Part shown: in pieces, positions 18,330 through 28,420 of the stretch
How the letters are laid out: the number at the start of each line of letters is the position of its first letter
Position numbering within the stretch: position 1 is the stretch's first letter
Assembly: GCA_963716255.1 (NCBI GenBank)
Contig: OY970303.1
Span: forward strand, 8,064,001 to 8,128,000
Direction: 5' to 3'
Length of the DNA: 64,000 bases
Origin: an uncultured Gemmatimonadales bacterium
Lineage (GTDB): Bacteria; Gemmatimonadota; Gemmatimonadetes; Longimicrobiales; Longimicrobiaceae
The notes under the pieces: model-generated
Told to the model about the DNA's origin: nothing
Seen by the model: the letters and a program-made list of their open reading frames with translations, nothing else
Database searches by the model: none
Position numbers and translations under genes: made by a program

Positions 18330-18725
18330 ATGGCCGCTCTCGAGAAGGTCCAGACCGACGGGGCCCCCGCCGCAATCGGCCCCTACAGCCAGGCGATCAC
18401 GCATGGCGGGCTCGTCTTCACCGCGGGGCAGATCCCGCTGGACCCCGCCACCATGCAGCTGGTCGAGGGCGACGTCGCCGCGGAGACCGAGCGCGTCATG
18501 CAGAACCTGGCCGCCGTGCTGGAGGCCGCGGGCGCCTCGCTGGGAAGCGTGGTGAAGACCACCGTGTTCCTGGCGGACATGAACGACTTCGCGGCCATGA
18601 ACGAGGTGTACGGCCGCTGGTTCGGCGACCACGCCCCCGCCCGCTCCACCGTGCAGGTGGCGCGCCTCCCGCGCGACGCCAGGGTGGAGATCGAGTGCAT
18701 CGCCGTCACCGGCGCGCACGGCTGA
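18330..18725 (+). CDS. ridA: RidA/YjgF enamine-imine deaminase
   Basis: APAAIGPYSQA, AGQIPLDP, PARSTVQVARLP, VEIE; AGGAG SD. Confidence 0.92.
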   Translation: MAALEKVQTDGAPAAIGPYSQAITHGGLVFTAGQIPLDPATMQLVEGDVAAETERVMQNLAAVLEAAGASLGSVVKTTVFLADMNDFAAMNEVYGRWFGDHAPARSTVQVARLPRDARVEIECIAVTGAHG

Positions 18726-18802
18726 TTCCCGGGACGCGGGCCCGCACGCCGCGGGACCCGCGCCTTTCACTTTCTCGACCGCCGAACGGACCCGTTGCAG
18801 CC

Positions 18803-20203
18803 ATGAGCAGCCCCAACCCGCACATCTTCCGGCAGTACGACATCCGCGGCGTCGTCGGGCCGGACCTGACCCCCGAGGTGGCCGAGGGGATCGGCCGCGC
18901 CTTCGCCACGCTCGCCCGGCGCCGCCTGGGCAAGGCGCGACCCACGCTCGCCCTTGGCCGCGACAACCGCGTGTCCTCCGAGGAGCTGGCCGCCGGCGTC
19001 CGCCGCGGGATGGTGGCCGCCGGCGCCGACGTGGTGGACGTGGGGCTGGTCCCCACCCCGGTGCACTCCTTCGCCGTCTTCCACCTGGGGCTGGACGGCG
19101 GCCTGCAGGTGACCGGCTCGCACAACCCGCCGCAGTACAACGGCTTCAAGATGACGCTCTCCGGCGGCTCGCTGTACGGCGGCGCCATCCAGGAGATCCG
19201 CGGGATGATCGAGGCCGGCGATTTTGAAAGCGGCGAGGGCGGGGTGGAGAACCGCGAGATCCTGGACGAGTACGTGCGCTACGTCGCCGGCAAGTTCAGC
19301 ATCCAGCGGCCCATCAAGGTGGTGGCCGACTGCGGCAACGGCACCGGCTCCATCGTGGCGGTGGAGCTGCTGCGCGCCCTGGGCGACCACGTGGAGGTGA
19401 TCCCGCTCTTCTGCGACTCCGACCCCAGCTTCCCCAACCACCACCCGGACCCGGTGGTGGACAAGAACCTGGTGGACATCATCGCCAAGGTGAAGGAGAC
19501 CGGCGCCGACCTGGGCGTGGCCTTCGACGGGGACGCGGACCGCATCGGCGCCATCGACGACCGGGGCGAGATCGTCCGCGGCGACACGCTCCTCCTCCTG
19601 TACGGGCTGGACCTGATCGCCAAGCGCGGCCCGGGGCAGAAGGTGGTGTTCGACGTCAAGTGCTCGCAGCAGCTCCCCGAGGTGCTGGAGAAGGCGGGCG
19701 GCATCCCCATCATGAACGCCACCGGGCACTCGCTGATCAAGAAGCGGATGAAGGAGGAGGGCTCGCTGCTTTCCGGCGAGCTGTCCGGCCACATCATGTT
19801 CGGCAACGACTACTACGGCTACGACGACGCCCTCTACGGCGCCTGCCTGCTGATCGACGCGCTGCAGCGCAAGGGCGGCACCCTCTCGGAGTGGATCGCC
19901 GGGTTCCCGCGCTTCGTTTCCACGCCGGAGCTGCGCTACCCGGCCACGGAAGAGACCAAGTTCGGCATCGTCGCCCGCGCCACCGAGCACTTCCGGCAGG
20001 GGCACGAGGTGATCGACGTGGACGGAGCCCGCGTCCTCTTCGGCGACGGCTGGGGGCTGGTCCGCGCCTCCAACACCGAGCCGGTGCTGGTGGCCCGCTA
20101 CGAGGCCCGCAGCGCCGAGCGCCTCGCCGAGATCCGCGGCGAGATGGAGGGGTGGCTGGAGTCCGCCGGCGTGCAGACCGTGGGCGGCTCCTCCACCCAC
20201 TGA
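18803..20203 (+). CDS. Phosphomannomutase/phosphoglucomutase
   Basis: FRQYDIRG, TGSHNP, FDGDADR, GELSGH, RASNTEP. Confidence 0.93.
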   Translation: MSSPNPHIFRQYDIRGVVGPDLTPEVAEGIGRAFATLARRRLGKARPTLALGRDNRVSSEELAAGVRRGMVAAGADVVDVGLVPTPVHSFAVFHLGLDGGLQVTGSHNPPQYNGFKMTLSGGSLYGGAIQEIRGMIEAGDFESGEGGVENREILDEYVRYVAGKFSIQRPIKVVADCGNGTGSIVAVELLRALGDHVEVIPLFCDSDPSFPNHHPDPVVDKNLVDIIAKVKETGADLGVAFDGDADRIGAIDDRGEIVRGDTLLLLYGLDLIAKRGPGQKVVFDVKCSQQLPEVLEKAGGIPIMNATGHSLIKKRMKEEGSLLSGELSGHIMFGNDYYGYDDALYGACLLIDALQRKGGTLSEWIAGFPRFVSTPELRYPATEETKFGIVARATEHFRQGHEVIDVDGARVLFGDGWGLVRASNTEPVLVARYEARSAERLAEIRGEMEGWLESAGVQTVGGSSTH

Positions 20204-20214
20204 GCCCACGGAGA

Positions 20215-20253
20215 GCGAGGGGCGGCGGCCGCACCGGGGCCGCCGCCCCTCGC
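20215..20253 (+). terminator. GC-rich hairpin after PMM/PGM
   Basis: GCGAGGGGCGGCGGCC-N7-GGCCGCCGCCCCTCGC. Confidence 0.55.
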
Positions 20254-20314
20254 GCGTTTCCCGGCGGCCCGAAGGCGCCGCCGCGCGGTCCCCACCCCCT
20301 TCGCGGAGGCCGCC

Positions 20315-21130
20315 GTGCCCAGCTCGTCCAACCCGCTCAACCTGGTTTCGGCCTGGCTGCTCGCGATCATGGGGGTGCCGTGCACGCTCCTGGGCGTGGT
20401 CGGCGCGCTCGCCGAGAGCGGCTCCATGCGCCTGGTCTGGGGGATGCTCGCCGTGGCCGGCCTGGGGATGATCGGCGGGGCCGTGCAGGCGGTGGTCGCC
20501 TGGCGGCGCGCGGAGGTTCGCGAGCGCGGCCACGAGGCGGCGCTGTACGCCGCGACGCGCGGCGAGCCCACGGGGAGCCCGCCCGCGCCATCCGCGCAGC
20601 CGGCGGTCGCGGAAGTGCTGGCGCACTGGACGTACGCGCCGGACGAGTGGGGCGAGTACACCCGGCGGGAGCTGGGCTTCCGCAGCGGCGAGGCGAAGTG
20701 GCTGGGGGTGGGCGTGGCGCTGTTCGGGATCCTGATGCTGGCGTTCCGCGAGGACACGGATTCCCGGATCGCCGCCGCCGTCAGCATCGTGATCGGCTCG
20801 GTCATCTACGTGGGCAAGATGCTCCAGGCTCGCTCCGCGCACGCCGCCAATGCCGCGACCCGCGGCGGCGAGGTGATCATCTCGCCGCACGCGGTGCTGC
20901 TGAACGGCCGCTACCACGTGCTGCAGGACGACCGCTTCCACTTCGCGGGCGTGCGCCTGCTGGACGAGGACGACCCGCCGGTGCTGGAGTTCACCGTCGC
21001 CTGGAGCACCCGCAGCGGCCGCGCGGACGAGCAGGTGTACGTGCCGGTGCCGCGGGGCAGGGAAGACGAGGCGCGGGCGCTGGCGGCGAGCTTCCCGCGG
21101 CGCCCGGAGACGGCGGGGAGCGGGGGATAG
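20315..21130 (+). CDS. Hypothetical membrane protein (4 TMs)
   Basis: GGAGG SD, GTG start, hydrophobic segments, GC3-rich codons. Confidence 0.75.
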   Translation: MPSSSNPLNLVSAWLLAIMGVPCTLLGVVGALAESGSMRLVWGMLAVAGLGMIGGAVQAVVAWRRAEVRERGHEAALYAATRGEPTGSPPAPSAQPAVAEVLAHWTYAPDEWGEYTRRELGFRSGEAKWLGVGVALFGILMLAFREDTDSRIAAAVSIVIGSVIYVGKMLQARSAHAANAATRGGEVIISPHAVLLNGRYHVLQDDRFHFAGVRLLDEDDPPVLEFTVAWSTRSGRADEQVYVPVPRGREDEARALAASFPRRPETAGSGG

Positions 21131-21238
21131 ACGGCAACGGCGACTGCGACCCCTTCCCCCGGCCCCTCCCCGCAAGGGGGAGGGTGGCGGCTCTCAGGCC
21201 GCCGGGTGGGGCCCCCCGCGGACGCCAGCGCGAGACCC

Positions 21239-21368
21239 GCGTGAGGGATTTCGGCCCGAAGGGGCGAGACCCGCGCAGTTTGCGGGGCTCGACTCCGTTG
21301 GCGAGCGTTGTTTGCTCGCCTACGGAGCCGAAGCCCGACCCCGCGCCAGCGGGGGCACGCCCAAGCCC
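21239..21368 (+). repeat. Structured intergenic element, core copy 3 (module B upstream at ~21163-21212)
   Basis: Variable stem GGCGAGC-GTTGTTT-GCTCGCC. Confidence 0.9.
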
Positions 21369-21454
21369 GTAGTTTCCTCCATTTGTACCGAGCGGAACCG
21401 AACTTGCCGCGGGCCATACCCCGCCTTATCATGTCGCCCGCCGGAGAGGACCGA

Positions 21455-22399
21455 TTGACGGCACGCACCATCGTCGTGGCCCTGGGCGGAAACGCCCTGG
21501 CCCAGCCGGGAGAGGAAGGCACCATCACCCAGCAGTTCCACCACACGCGCGAGAGCCTGGGCGCGGTGGTGGAGCTTGCGCGCGAGGGGTGGCGCATCGC
21601 GATCGTGCACGGCAACGGCCCGCAGGTGGGCAACGAGCTGATCCGCAACGAGCAGTCGCGCCACCTGCTGCCGCCGCTCCCGCTGGGGGTGCTGGTGGCG
21701 GGGACGGAAGGGTGGATCGGCTACATGATCCAGCAGTCGCTGCAGAACGCGCTGCGCAGGGGCGGGGTGGACCGCCAGGTGGTGACCGTGGTCACGCAGG
21801 TGGTGGTGGACCCTCGCGACCCGCAGCTGCGGCGGCCCACCAAGCCCATCGGCCGCACCATGGACGAGGCCACCGCCCGCGCCCTCGCCGCCGAGCTGGG
21901 CGGCGACGTGGCCCAGACCAAGGGCGGCTGGCGGCGCGTGGTGCCCAGCCCCCGCCCGCTGGCCATCGTGGAGCGGCCCATGATCCGCTCGCTGGTGGAC
22001 GAGGGGCACCTGGTGATCGCCGCCGGCGGCGGGGGCTGCCCGGTGTACGAGCACCCGGGGCTGGGGCTGGAGGGGATCGACGCGGTGGTGGACAAGGACC
22101 GCGCCGCCGCCATCCTGGGGCACGACATCGGCGCCGAGACCCTGCTGATCCTCACCGACGTCGAGTGCGTCTACCTCGACTACGGGAGCCCGGAACAGCG
22201 CGCCATCCGCCGCCTCACCGTGGAATCCGCCGAGGAGCTGCTGGCAGCGGGCGAGCTGGGCTCCGGGAGCATGGCCCCCAAGGTGGAGGCCGCCGCCGAC
22301 TTCGTGCGGCGCGGCGGCACGCGCGCCATCATCGCGCGCCTGGACCAGGGCAGCCGGGCGGTCGCCGGCGAGGCCGGAACCGAGATCGTCGGTACGTAG
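21455..22399 (+). CDS. arcC: Carbamate kinase
   Basis: VVALGGNAL, HGNGPQVG, PTKPIG, RRVVPSP, DAVVDKD, GSMAPKV; TTG start (alternative ATG 21431). Confidence 0.92.
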   Translation: MTARTIVVALGGNALAQPGEEGTITQQFHHTRESLGAVVELAREGWRIAIVHGNGPQVGNELIRNEQSRHLLPPLPLGVLVAGTEGWIGYMIQQSLQNALRRGGVDRQVVTVVTQVVVDPRDPQLRRPTKPIGRTMDEATARALAAELGGDVAQTKGGWRRVVPSPRPLAIVERPMIRSLVDEGHLVIAAGGGGCPVYEHPGLGLEGIDAVVDKDRAAAILGHDIGAETLLILTDVECVYLDYGSPEQRAIRRLTVESAEELLAAGELGSGSMAPKVEAAADFVRRGGTRAIIARLDQGSRAVAGEAGTEIVGT

Positions 22400-22431
22400 G
22401 ACCTTTTCATCACCCGAACAGGACGGACGCG

Positions 22432-23574
22432 GTGAACATACACGAATACCAGGCGAAGGAGCTCCTCGTCGCGCAGGGGATCCCGGTCCCCATGGGCGAG
22501 GTGGCGACCACGCCGGAGCAGGCCGAGGAGATCGCCCGGCGGCTGGGCGGCGCCGTGATGGTCAAGGCGCAGGTGCACGCCGGCGGCCGCGGCAAGGCCG
22601 GCGGCGTCAAGTTCTGCAAGACCCCCGAGGAGGCCCGCGAAAAGGCGCAGGCCATCCTGGGGATGCAGATCAAGGGGCTCACCGTGGAGAAGGTCCTCGT
22701 GGCGCCCGCCGCCGACATCGGAACCGAGGCGTACGTGGGGATCATCGTGGACCGCGCCAGCAAGAAGCCGGTCTTCATGGTCTCGTCCGAGGGCGGCATC
22801 GACATCGAGGAGGTGGCCGCCACCAACCCGGACGCCATCTTCAAGCTCCCGGTGGACCCGCGCTACGGCCTGCTCCCGCACCAGGCGTACCTGATGGCCA
22901 ACCGGCTGTACAAGGACGCCAAGCAGCAGCGCGCCGCGGCCAAGATCCTCCAGCAGCTGTACACCGCCTTCGTGCAGGCGGGCGCCTCGCTGGCCGAGAT
23001 CAACCCGCTGATCACCACCCCCGAGGGCGAGGTGGTGGCGATCGACGCCAAGTTCAACATCGACGACAACGAGCTCTTCCGGCACCCCGAGGTCGAGGCG
23101 CTGCGCGACGACTCCTCCGAGGCCCCGGCCGAGGTGCTGGCGCGCGAGGCGGGGCTGACCTTCATCAAGCTCGACGGCGACGTGGGCTGCGTGGTCAACG
23201 GCGCCGGGCTGGCCATGGCGACCATGGACCTGGTGAAGTACTACGGGGGCGAGCCCGCCAACTTCCTGGACATCGGCGGCTCGTCCAACCCGGAGAAGGT
23301 GGTCAACGCGCTCAAGATCATCACGAAAGATGAAAACGTGAAGGCCATCCTGTTCAACATCTTCGGCGGTATCACCCGGACCGACGACGTGGCCAACGGG
23401 ATCGTGACCGCCACGAAGCAGATCGACATCAACGTGCCCATCGTGATCCGCCTCACCGGCACCAACGAGGAGATCGCCGTGAAGATCCTGGCCGAGGCCG
23501 GCTTCAGCGCGATGACCGACATGGACGAAGCCGTGCAGCGGGCCGTCGCTTTGGCCAAGGGGGAGGCCCAGTGA
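22432..23574 (+). CDS. sucC: Succinyl-CoA synthetase beta subunit
   Basis: [42 protein letters not shown]. Confidence 0.97.
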   Translation: MNIHEYQAKELLVAQGIPVPMGEVATTPEQAEEIARRLGGAVMVKAQVHAGGRGKAGGVKFCKTPEEAREKAQAILGMQIKGLTVEKVLVAPAADIGTEAYVGIIVDRASKKPVFMVSSEGGIDIEEVAATNPDAIFKLPVDPRYGLLPHQAYLMANRLYKDAKQQRAAAKILQQLYTAFVQAGASLAEINPLITTPEGEVVAIDAKFNIDDNELFRHPEVEALRDDSSEAPAEVLAREAGLTFIKLDGDVGCVVNGAGLAMATMDLVKYYGGEPANFLDIGGSSNPEKVVNALKIITKDENVKAILFNIFGGITRTDDVANGIVTATKQIDINVPIVIRLTGTNEEIAVKILAEAGFSAMTDMDEAVQRAVALAKGEAQ

Positions 23575-24440
23575 GCATCTTCATCGACAAGGACACCCGG
23601 CTCGTCGTCCAGGGGATCACGGGCCGCGACGGCTCGTTCCACACCCGGCAGATGATGGAGTACGGCACCCGGGTGGTCGCCGGCGTCACCCCCGGCAAGG
23701 GCGGGCAGACGTTCGAGGGCTCGGTGCCCATCTTCAACACCGTCGAGGAGGCGGTGAAGCAGGGCGGCGCCAACACCTCGGTGATCTACGTGCCGCCGGC
23801 CTTCGCCGCCGACGCCATGTTCGAGGCCGCCGACGCCGGGATCGAGTTCATCGTGTGCATCACCGAGGGCGTGCCGGTGCTGGACATGACCCGCGTCCGC
23901 CCGTACGTGCTGGACAAGGGCGCGCGCCTGCTGGGCCCCAACTGCCCCGGGCTCCTTTCGGCCGGCAAGAGCAAGGTGGGGATCATCCCCGGCCACATCA
24001 CCCATCCGGGCCCCGTCGGCCTGGTCTCCAAGTCGGGGACGCTGACCTACGAGGTGGTCTACAAGCTCAAGGCCGCGGGGATCGGCACCACCACCTGCGT
24101 GGGAATCGGCGGCGACCCCATCAACGGCACCAGCTTCATCGACTGCCTGGCCGCCTTCGAGGCCGACCCGGAGACCAGGGCCATCGTGATGCTGGGCGAG
24201 ATCGGCGGCACCGACGAGCAGGAGGCGGCCGCCTACGTCAGGGAAAGCGTCACCAAGCCGGTGGTGGGCTTCATCGCGGGCCAGACCGCGCCCCCGGGGC
24301 GCCGCATGGGCCACGCGGGCGCCATCATCTCCGGCTCCGCCGGGACCGCCGAGGAAAAGATCCAGGCGTTCCGGGACAACGGCATCGGCGTCGCCCAGCG
24401 CCCGGTGGACGTGGTGGGGCTCATCCGGGAGGCTCTCTGA
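23571..24440 (+). CDS. sucD: Succinyl-CoA synthetase alpha subunit
   Basis: [28 protein letters not shown]. Confidence 0.97.
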   Translation: MSIFIDKDTRLVVQGITGRDGSFHTRQMMEYGTRVVAGVTPGKGGQTFEGSVPIFNTVEEAVKQGGANTSVIYVPPAFAADAMFEAADAGIEFIVCITEGVPVLDMTRVRPYVLDKGARLLGPNCPGLLSAGKSKVGIIPGHITHPGPVGLVSKSGTLTYEVVYKLKAAGIGTTTCVGIGGDPINGTSFIDCLAAFEADPETRAIVMLGEIGGTDEQEAAAYVRESVTKPVVGFIAGQTAPPGRRMGHAGAIISGSAGTAEEKIQAFRDNGIGVAQRPVDVVGLIREAL

Positions 24441-24466
24441 GCGAACCCGGGAGGGGCGGGCGCGAG

Positions 24467-25354
24467 CTGCGGCTGACGGAGGTCCTCCGGCCGGAGCACG
24501 TGCTCGCCCCGCTGGACGTGGACACCGTCCACGCGGCGGTCGCCGCCCTTGCCGCGCGCCTCCGGGAGACCGGGGACGTCCCGCGGCCGGAGCGGATGGA
24601 GGGGCTGTTCGCCGAGAACCGCATCCGCGACGTCATCCACGTGGGCGACCGCGTGCTCCTCCCGCACCTGCGGACGGACGCGGTGGACCACCTGGTGGTG
24701 GCTCTGGGCGTGGCGCCGCGGCCGCTGGCCGTGGGGCAGCGCGCCGCGGGCGGGGCGCAGGTGGTGGTGCTGGTGCTCGCCCCGCCCGCGGCCAACGACC
24801 TGTACCTGCAGACGGTGGCGGCGCTGGCGCGCGCGCTCCGCCAGGACGAGACCGTGGACCGGCTGGCCGCCGCCCGCACCCCGGACGAGGTGCTGGCGAT
24901 CGGCGAGATCCGCGACCTCACCATCCAGCCGCGGCTGCTGGTGAGGGACGTGATGAGCCCGCGGGTGTTCCGCGTGTCGCCGGACACCCCGGTGCGCGAG
25001 CTCCTGGAGCTGGCCAGCACGCACCGCCTGCGCGCGGTGCCGGTGGTGGGGGAGGACCGCGAGGTGCTGGGGATGGTCACCGACCGCGACCTGCTCCGCC
25101 ACCTCCTCCCGCTGGCGCTCCGCCCCGGCGACGGCCCCGCGCACGGCGCCGCCTCGCCCGAAGGGCTCACGGTGCGCGACATCATGACGCGCTCGGTGAT
25201 GTGCATCTCCGAGGAGCAGGGGCTGGCGGAGGTCGCCTCCGTCATGGTCAACAAGGACGTGGAGCGCCTCCCCGTGGTCCACGAGGGGAAGCTCACCGGC
25301 TTCCTGACGCGGGGGGACATCCTCCGCAAGCTGTTCGGCTTCCGGGCCCCCTGA
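24467..25354 (+). CDS. PTS EIIA(Ntr/Fru)-like domain fused to tandem CBS domains
   Basis: LLPHLR phospho-His motif; VRDVMS...AVPVV and VRDIMT...RLPVV...LTRGDIL; start uncertain (CTG at 24467 or 24437). Confidence 0.8.
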   Translation: MRLTEVLRPEHVLAPLDVDTVHAAVAALAARLRETGDVPRPERMEGLFAENRIRDVIHVGDRVLLPHLRTDAVDHLVVALGVAPRPLAVGQRAAGGAQVVVLVLAPPAANDLYLQTVAALARALRQDETVDRLAAARTPDEVLAIGEIRDLTIQPRLLVRDVMSPRVFRVSPDTPVRELLELASTHRLRAVPVVGEDREVLGMVTDRDLLRHLLPLALRPGDGPAHGAASPEGLTVRDIMTRSVMCISEEQGLAEVASVMVNKDVERLPVVHEGKLTGFLTRGDILRKLFGFRAP

Positions 25355-25382
25355 ACCGATCATTCAACCCGAATCCATGCCC

Positions 25383-25802
25383 ATGTCACGCACGCTCGCC
25401 ATCATCAAGCCGGACGCCGTCGCGGCCGGCAACGCCGGCAAGATCATCGCCCACCTGGAGGGCGCCGGCTTCCGCATCGTCGCCATGAAGATGGAGCACC
25501 TGACCTCCGAGCGGGCCGGCGAGTTCTACGCCGTGCACCGCGAGCGCCCCTTCTACGGCGAGCTGGTGGAGTTCATGACCTCCGGCCCCGCCATCCCCAT
25601 CGCGCTGGAGTCCGACGACGCGGTGACGAAGTACCGCGAGACCATCGGCGCCACGGACCCCGCCGAGGCCGCCGAGGGTACGATCCGCAAGCTGTACGCG
25701 GAGTCCAAGGGCCGGAACGCCGTGCACGGCTCCGACTCGGACGAGAACGCGGCGGCCGAGATCCGCTTCTTCTTCGGCGACGAGCTGCCGGGCGCGCGCT
25801 GA
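25383..25802 (+). CDS. ndk: Nucleoside-diphosphate kinase
   Basis: [27 protein letters not shown]. Confidence 0.97.
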   Translation: MSRTLAIIKPDAVAAGNAGKIIAHLEGAGFRIVAMKMEHLTSERAGEFYAVHRERPFYGELVEFMTSGPAIPIALESDDAVTKYRETIGATDPAEAAEGTIRKLYAESKGRNAVHGSDSDENAAAEIRFFFGDELPGAR

Positions 25803-25822
25803 GCCCGTCCGTCGCGGCGGTG

Positions 25823-25855
25823 GAGAGGGACGCGGCCTGGCGCCGCGTCCCTCTC
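25823..25855 (+). terminator. Probable intrinsic terminator after ndk
   Basis: GAGAGGGACGCGGC-CTGGC-GCCGCGTCCCTCTC followed by a pyrimidine run. Confidence 0.6.
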
Positions 25856-25884
25856 TTCGCTTCTCACTCCTTCGCAAACCCATC

Positions 25885-26247
25885 GTGAACCTCCTCCTCC
25901 GCTGGCTCGCCTCCGCCGCCGCCGTGTGGGTCGCCACACGGCTGGTCCCCGGCATCCGCTACGAGGGCGGCTTCCAGACGCTGCTGGTGGTCGCGCTGAT
26001 CCTGGGGCTGGTCAACGCGCTGGTCCGCCCGCTGCTCAAGTTCCTGGCCTGCGGGATCATCGCGCTGACGCTGGGGCTCTTCCTGCTGGTCATCAACGCC
26101 GTGCTCCTGCTGCTGGTGGAGGCGCTCGCCAACTCCTTCGGCTACGGCTTCCACGTGGACGGCTTCGTCCCGGCGCTCGTCGGCTCGGTGGTGATCTCGG
26201 TGGTGTCGTACCTGCTGTCCATGCTCCTCACGGACGACGACAAGTAG
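25885..26247 (+). CDS. YvlD/DUF360 (4-TM holin-superfamily) membrane protein
   Basis: LGLVNALVRPLLK, TLGLFLLVINA, FHVDGF motifs. Confidence 0.88.
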   Translation: MNLLLRWLASAAAVWVATRLVPGIRYEGGFQTLLVVALILGLVNALVRPLLKFLACGIIALTLGLFLLVINAVLLLLVEALANSFGYGFHVDGFVPALVGSVVISVVSYLLSMLLTDDDK

Positions 26248-26265
26248 TTTACGGCTTTGGACTGC

Positions 26266-26401
26266 GGGTTCGGGCGTGCCCCCGGCTGCGCCGGGGTCGG
26301 GCTTCGGCTCCGTAAGCGAGCAAACAACGCTCGCTAACGGAGTCGAGACCCCGCGAAACTGCCCGCGGGGTCTCGCCCCTTCGGGCCGTAATCCCTCACG
26401 C
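26266..26401 (-). repeat. Structured intergenic element, core copy 4 (module B at 26436-26490)
   Basis: Minus-strand stem AGCGAGC-GTTGTTT-GCTCGCT; second hairpin GAGACCCCGCG-GGCAGTTT-CGCGGGGTCTC. Confidence 0.9.
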
Positions 26402-26647
26402 AACTGCTTATCTTACCCCCACATCCCGAAGTTTCCCCCTCTCCCAGAATTGGGAGAGGGTGGCGGCTATAAGGCCGCCGGGTGAGGGCCCATGCACGGA
26501 GTCATCCGGAGCGCGCCGTCGTTCTGCTGTTTCCGCACTCCCGCACTCCATTTTTCGCTCCCGTCGGCCCGAAAGGTTGAAAACATCCTCCCGCGGGCAC
26601 AGATTCATCGTCCACTGCGGCGCGGAAGCTGGGATGCGGCCGTTTCC

Positions 26648-26676
26648 TTGACACTGCGCGGCTTTTCGCATAGTTT
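26648..26676 (+). promoter_or_regulatory. sigma70 promoter for the yceD-rpmF-plsX-fab operon
   Basis: TTGACA-N17-TAGTTT ending 8 nt before the ATG. Confidence 0.7.
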
Positions 26677-26684
26677 TCCGGTTT

Positions 26685-27194
26685 ATGCTGAAACTCAGCC
26701 TGGGCGCGGTTTCGCGTGGAGAAGTGCGGGTCCGGGACGACGTCCCTCCGGACCACCCGATGTGGGACGGCTTGCAGGTGTCGCTGGCCGGGCCGCTGCA
26801 CGTGGACCTCACCGCCCGCGGCGTGGGCGAGGGGGTGTTCCTCCGGGGAACGGTGCGCGGAAAGCTCCGCCTGCCGTGCCGGCGCTGCCTGGCCGAGACC
26901 GAGCACGAGCTGGACGAGGCGGTGGACTTCCTCTTCGACGAGATCCGGGCCGACGAAGAGGAGGAGATGGAAGGGGAAGTCTATCCTCTCCCCGAGCGGG
27001 GCGACGAGCTGGACCTCGCGGACGCCGTCCGCGAGCAGGTCCTGCTGCGCGTGCCGCAGTACGTCCTTTGCCGCGAGGAGTGCCGCGGCCTGTGCCCGCG
27101 GTGCGGCGCCGACCTGAACGACGCGCCGTGCGGCTGCGGTCCCGAGGAGGAAGACTCTCCCTGGGTCGCGCTGAAGACGATCAAGTTCGACTGA
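26685..27194 (+). CDS. yceD: DUF177/YceD family protein
   Basis: CRRCL and LCREECRGLCPRCGADLN motifs; located upstream of rpmF. Confidence 0.92.
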   Translation: MLKLSLGAVSRGEVRVRDDVPPDHPMWDGLQVSLAGPLHVDLTARGVGEGVFLRGTVRGKLRLPCRRCLAETEHELDEAVDFLFDEIRADEEEEMEGEVYPLPERGDELDLADAVREQVLLRVPQYVLCREECRGLCPRCGADLNDAPCGCGPEEEDSPWVALKTIKFD

Positions 27195-27219
27195 CCCATA
27201 GCCACCCGAGGGGTTTACG

Positions 27220-27402
27220 ATGGCCGTACCCAAGAAGCGCCAGTCCAAGCAGCGCCAGCGCAAGCGCCGCACGCACGTCAAGGCCGCCATGCCGACCTTC
27301 GGCAAGTGCCCGCAGTGCCAGGATCCGCACGTGCCGCACCGCGTCTGCCCGAACTGCGGCTACTACCGCAACGAGCAGCGCGTCGAAGTGGAAGAGTTCT
27401 AA
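27220..27402 (+). CDS. rpmF: 50S ribosomal protein L32
   Basis: MAVPKKRQSK, CPQC...HRVCPNCGYY. Confidence 0.97.
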   Translation: MAVPKKRQSKQRQRKRRTHVKAAMPTFGKCPQCQDPHVPHRVCPNCGYYRNEQRVEVEEF

Positions 27403-27421
27403 GCGCGCGGAACGTCTACAG

Positions 27422-28420
27422 ATGCGGATCGCGCTTGACGCGATGGGCTCCGACCGTGCCCCCTCCGTGGAGATCGAGGGTGCGGTCGGAGCTTTGCGTG
27501 AGCTGGAGGGAGACTTTCGCATCGTCCTGGTCGGCGACGAAGCGCTGATCGACGCGGAGCTGGCGCGCCACCCGGACGCGCCGCGCGACCGCATCGACGT
27601 GGTGCACGCCCCCGGCCGGATCGAGATGGGAGAGTCCCCCGCGCACGCCATCCGGCGCAAGCAGGACTCGTCCATGGTCGTCGGCCTCAACCTGCAGAAG
27701 CGGGGCGAGGCGGACGCCTTCATCAGCGCGGGCTCCACCGGCGCCGCCATGGCGGGGTCGGTGATGATCCTCGGCGTCCTCCCCGGCGTGGACCGCCCGG
27801 CCGTCGGCACGGTGCTGCCCACGGCCTCGGGGCACACGCTGATGATCGACGGCGGCGCCAACGTGGATACGCGCGCCCAGCACCTCCTCCAGTTCGGCTT
27901 CCTGGGCGGCATCTACGCCCGCGACCTGATGGGGATCGAGAGCCCGCGCATCGGGCTCCTGAACATCGGCGAGGAGCCGGAAAAGGGCGACGAGCGCGCC
28001 GTGGAGGCGCACCGCCTGCTGGCCGCCGCCGAGGGGATCAACTTCGTGGGGAACATCGAGGGGCGCGACGTCATCCGCGGCAAGTGCGACGTGCTCGTCT
28101 GCGACGGCTTCGTGGGCAACGTCCTCCTCAAGTTCTACGAGTCGGTCGCCGGCTTCATGCTCGGCATGCTCCGCCAGGAGATGGACGCGGCGAAGGTGGA
28201 GCTGGACCTCACGCGCATGTTCCACACGCTGGACTACACCGAGTACGGCGGCGCCCCCCTGCTGGGGGTCAACGGCGTCACCATCATCTGCCACGGCGGC
28301 TCGCCGCCCCGCGCCATACGCAACGCCATCCGCGTGGCGGTGCAGGCGGTGGACCGGCAGATGGTCTCGCACATCGAGCGCCAGCTCTCCCGCCGCACGG
28401 AAGCACCCCTGAGCCCATGA
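27422..28420 (+). CDS. plsX: Phosphate acyltransferase
   Basis: IALDAMGSD, SAGSTGA, LLNIGEEPEKG, VCDGFVGN, GGAPLLG. Confidence 0.96.
   Translation: MRIALDAMGSDRAPSVEIEGAVGALRELEGDFRIVLVGDEALIDAELARHPDAPRDRIDVVHAPGRIEMGESPAHAIRRKQDSSMVVGLNLQKRGEADAFISAGSTGAAMAGSVMILGVLPGVDRPAVGTVLPTASGHTLMIDGGANVDTRAQHLLQFGFLGGIYARDLMGIESPRIGLLNIGEEPEKGDERAVEAHRLLAAAEGINFVGNIEGRDVIRGKCDVLVCDGFVGNVLLKFYESVAGFMLGMLRQEMDAAKVELDLTRMFHTLDYTEYGGAPLLGVNGVTIICHGGSPPRAIRNAIRVAVQAVDRQMVSHIERQLSRRTEAPLSP

Noticed and set aside
25885..26247. Holin indicating a prophage
   Set aside because: YvlD/DUF360 proteins are common chromosomal membrane proteins; no endolysin or phage genes are nearby.
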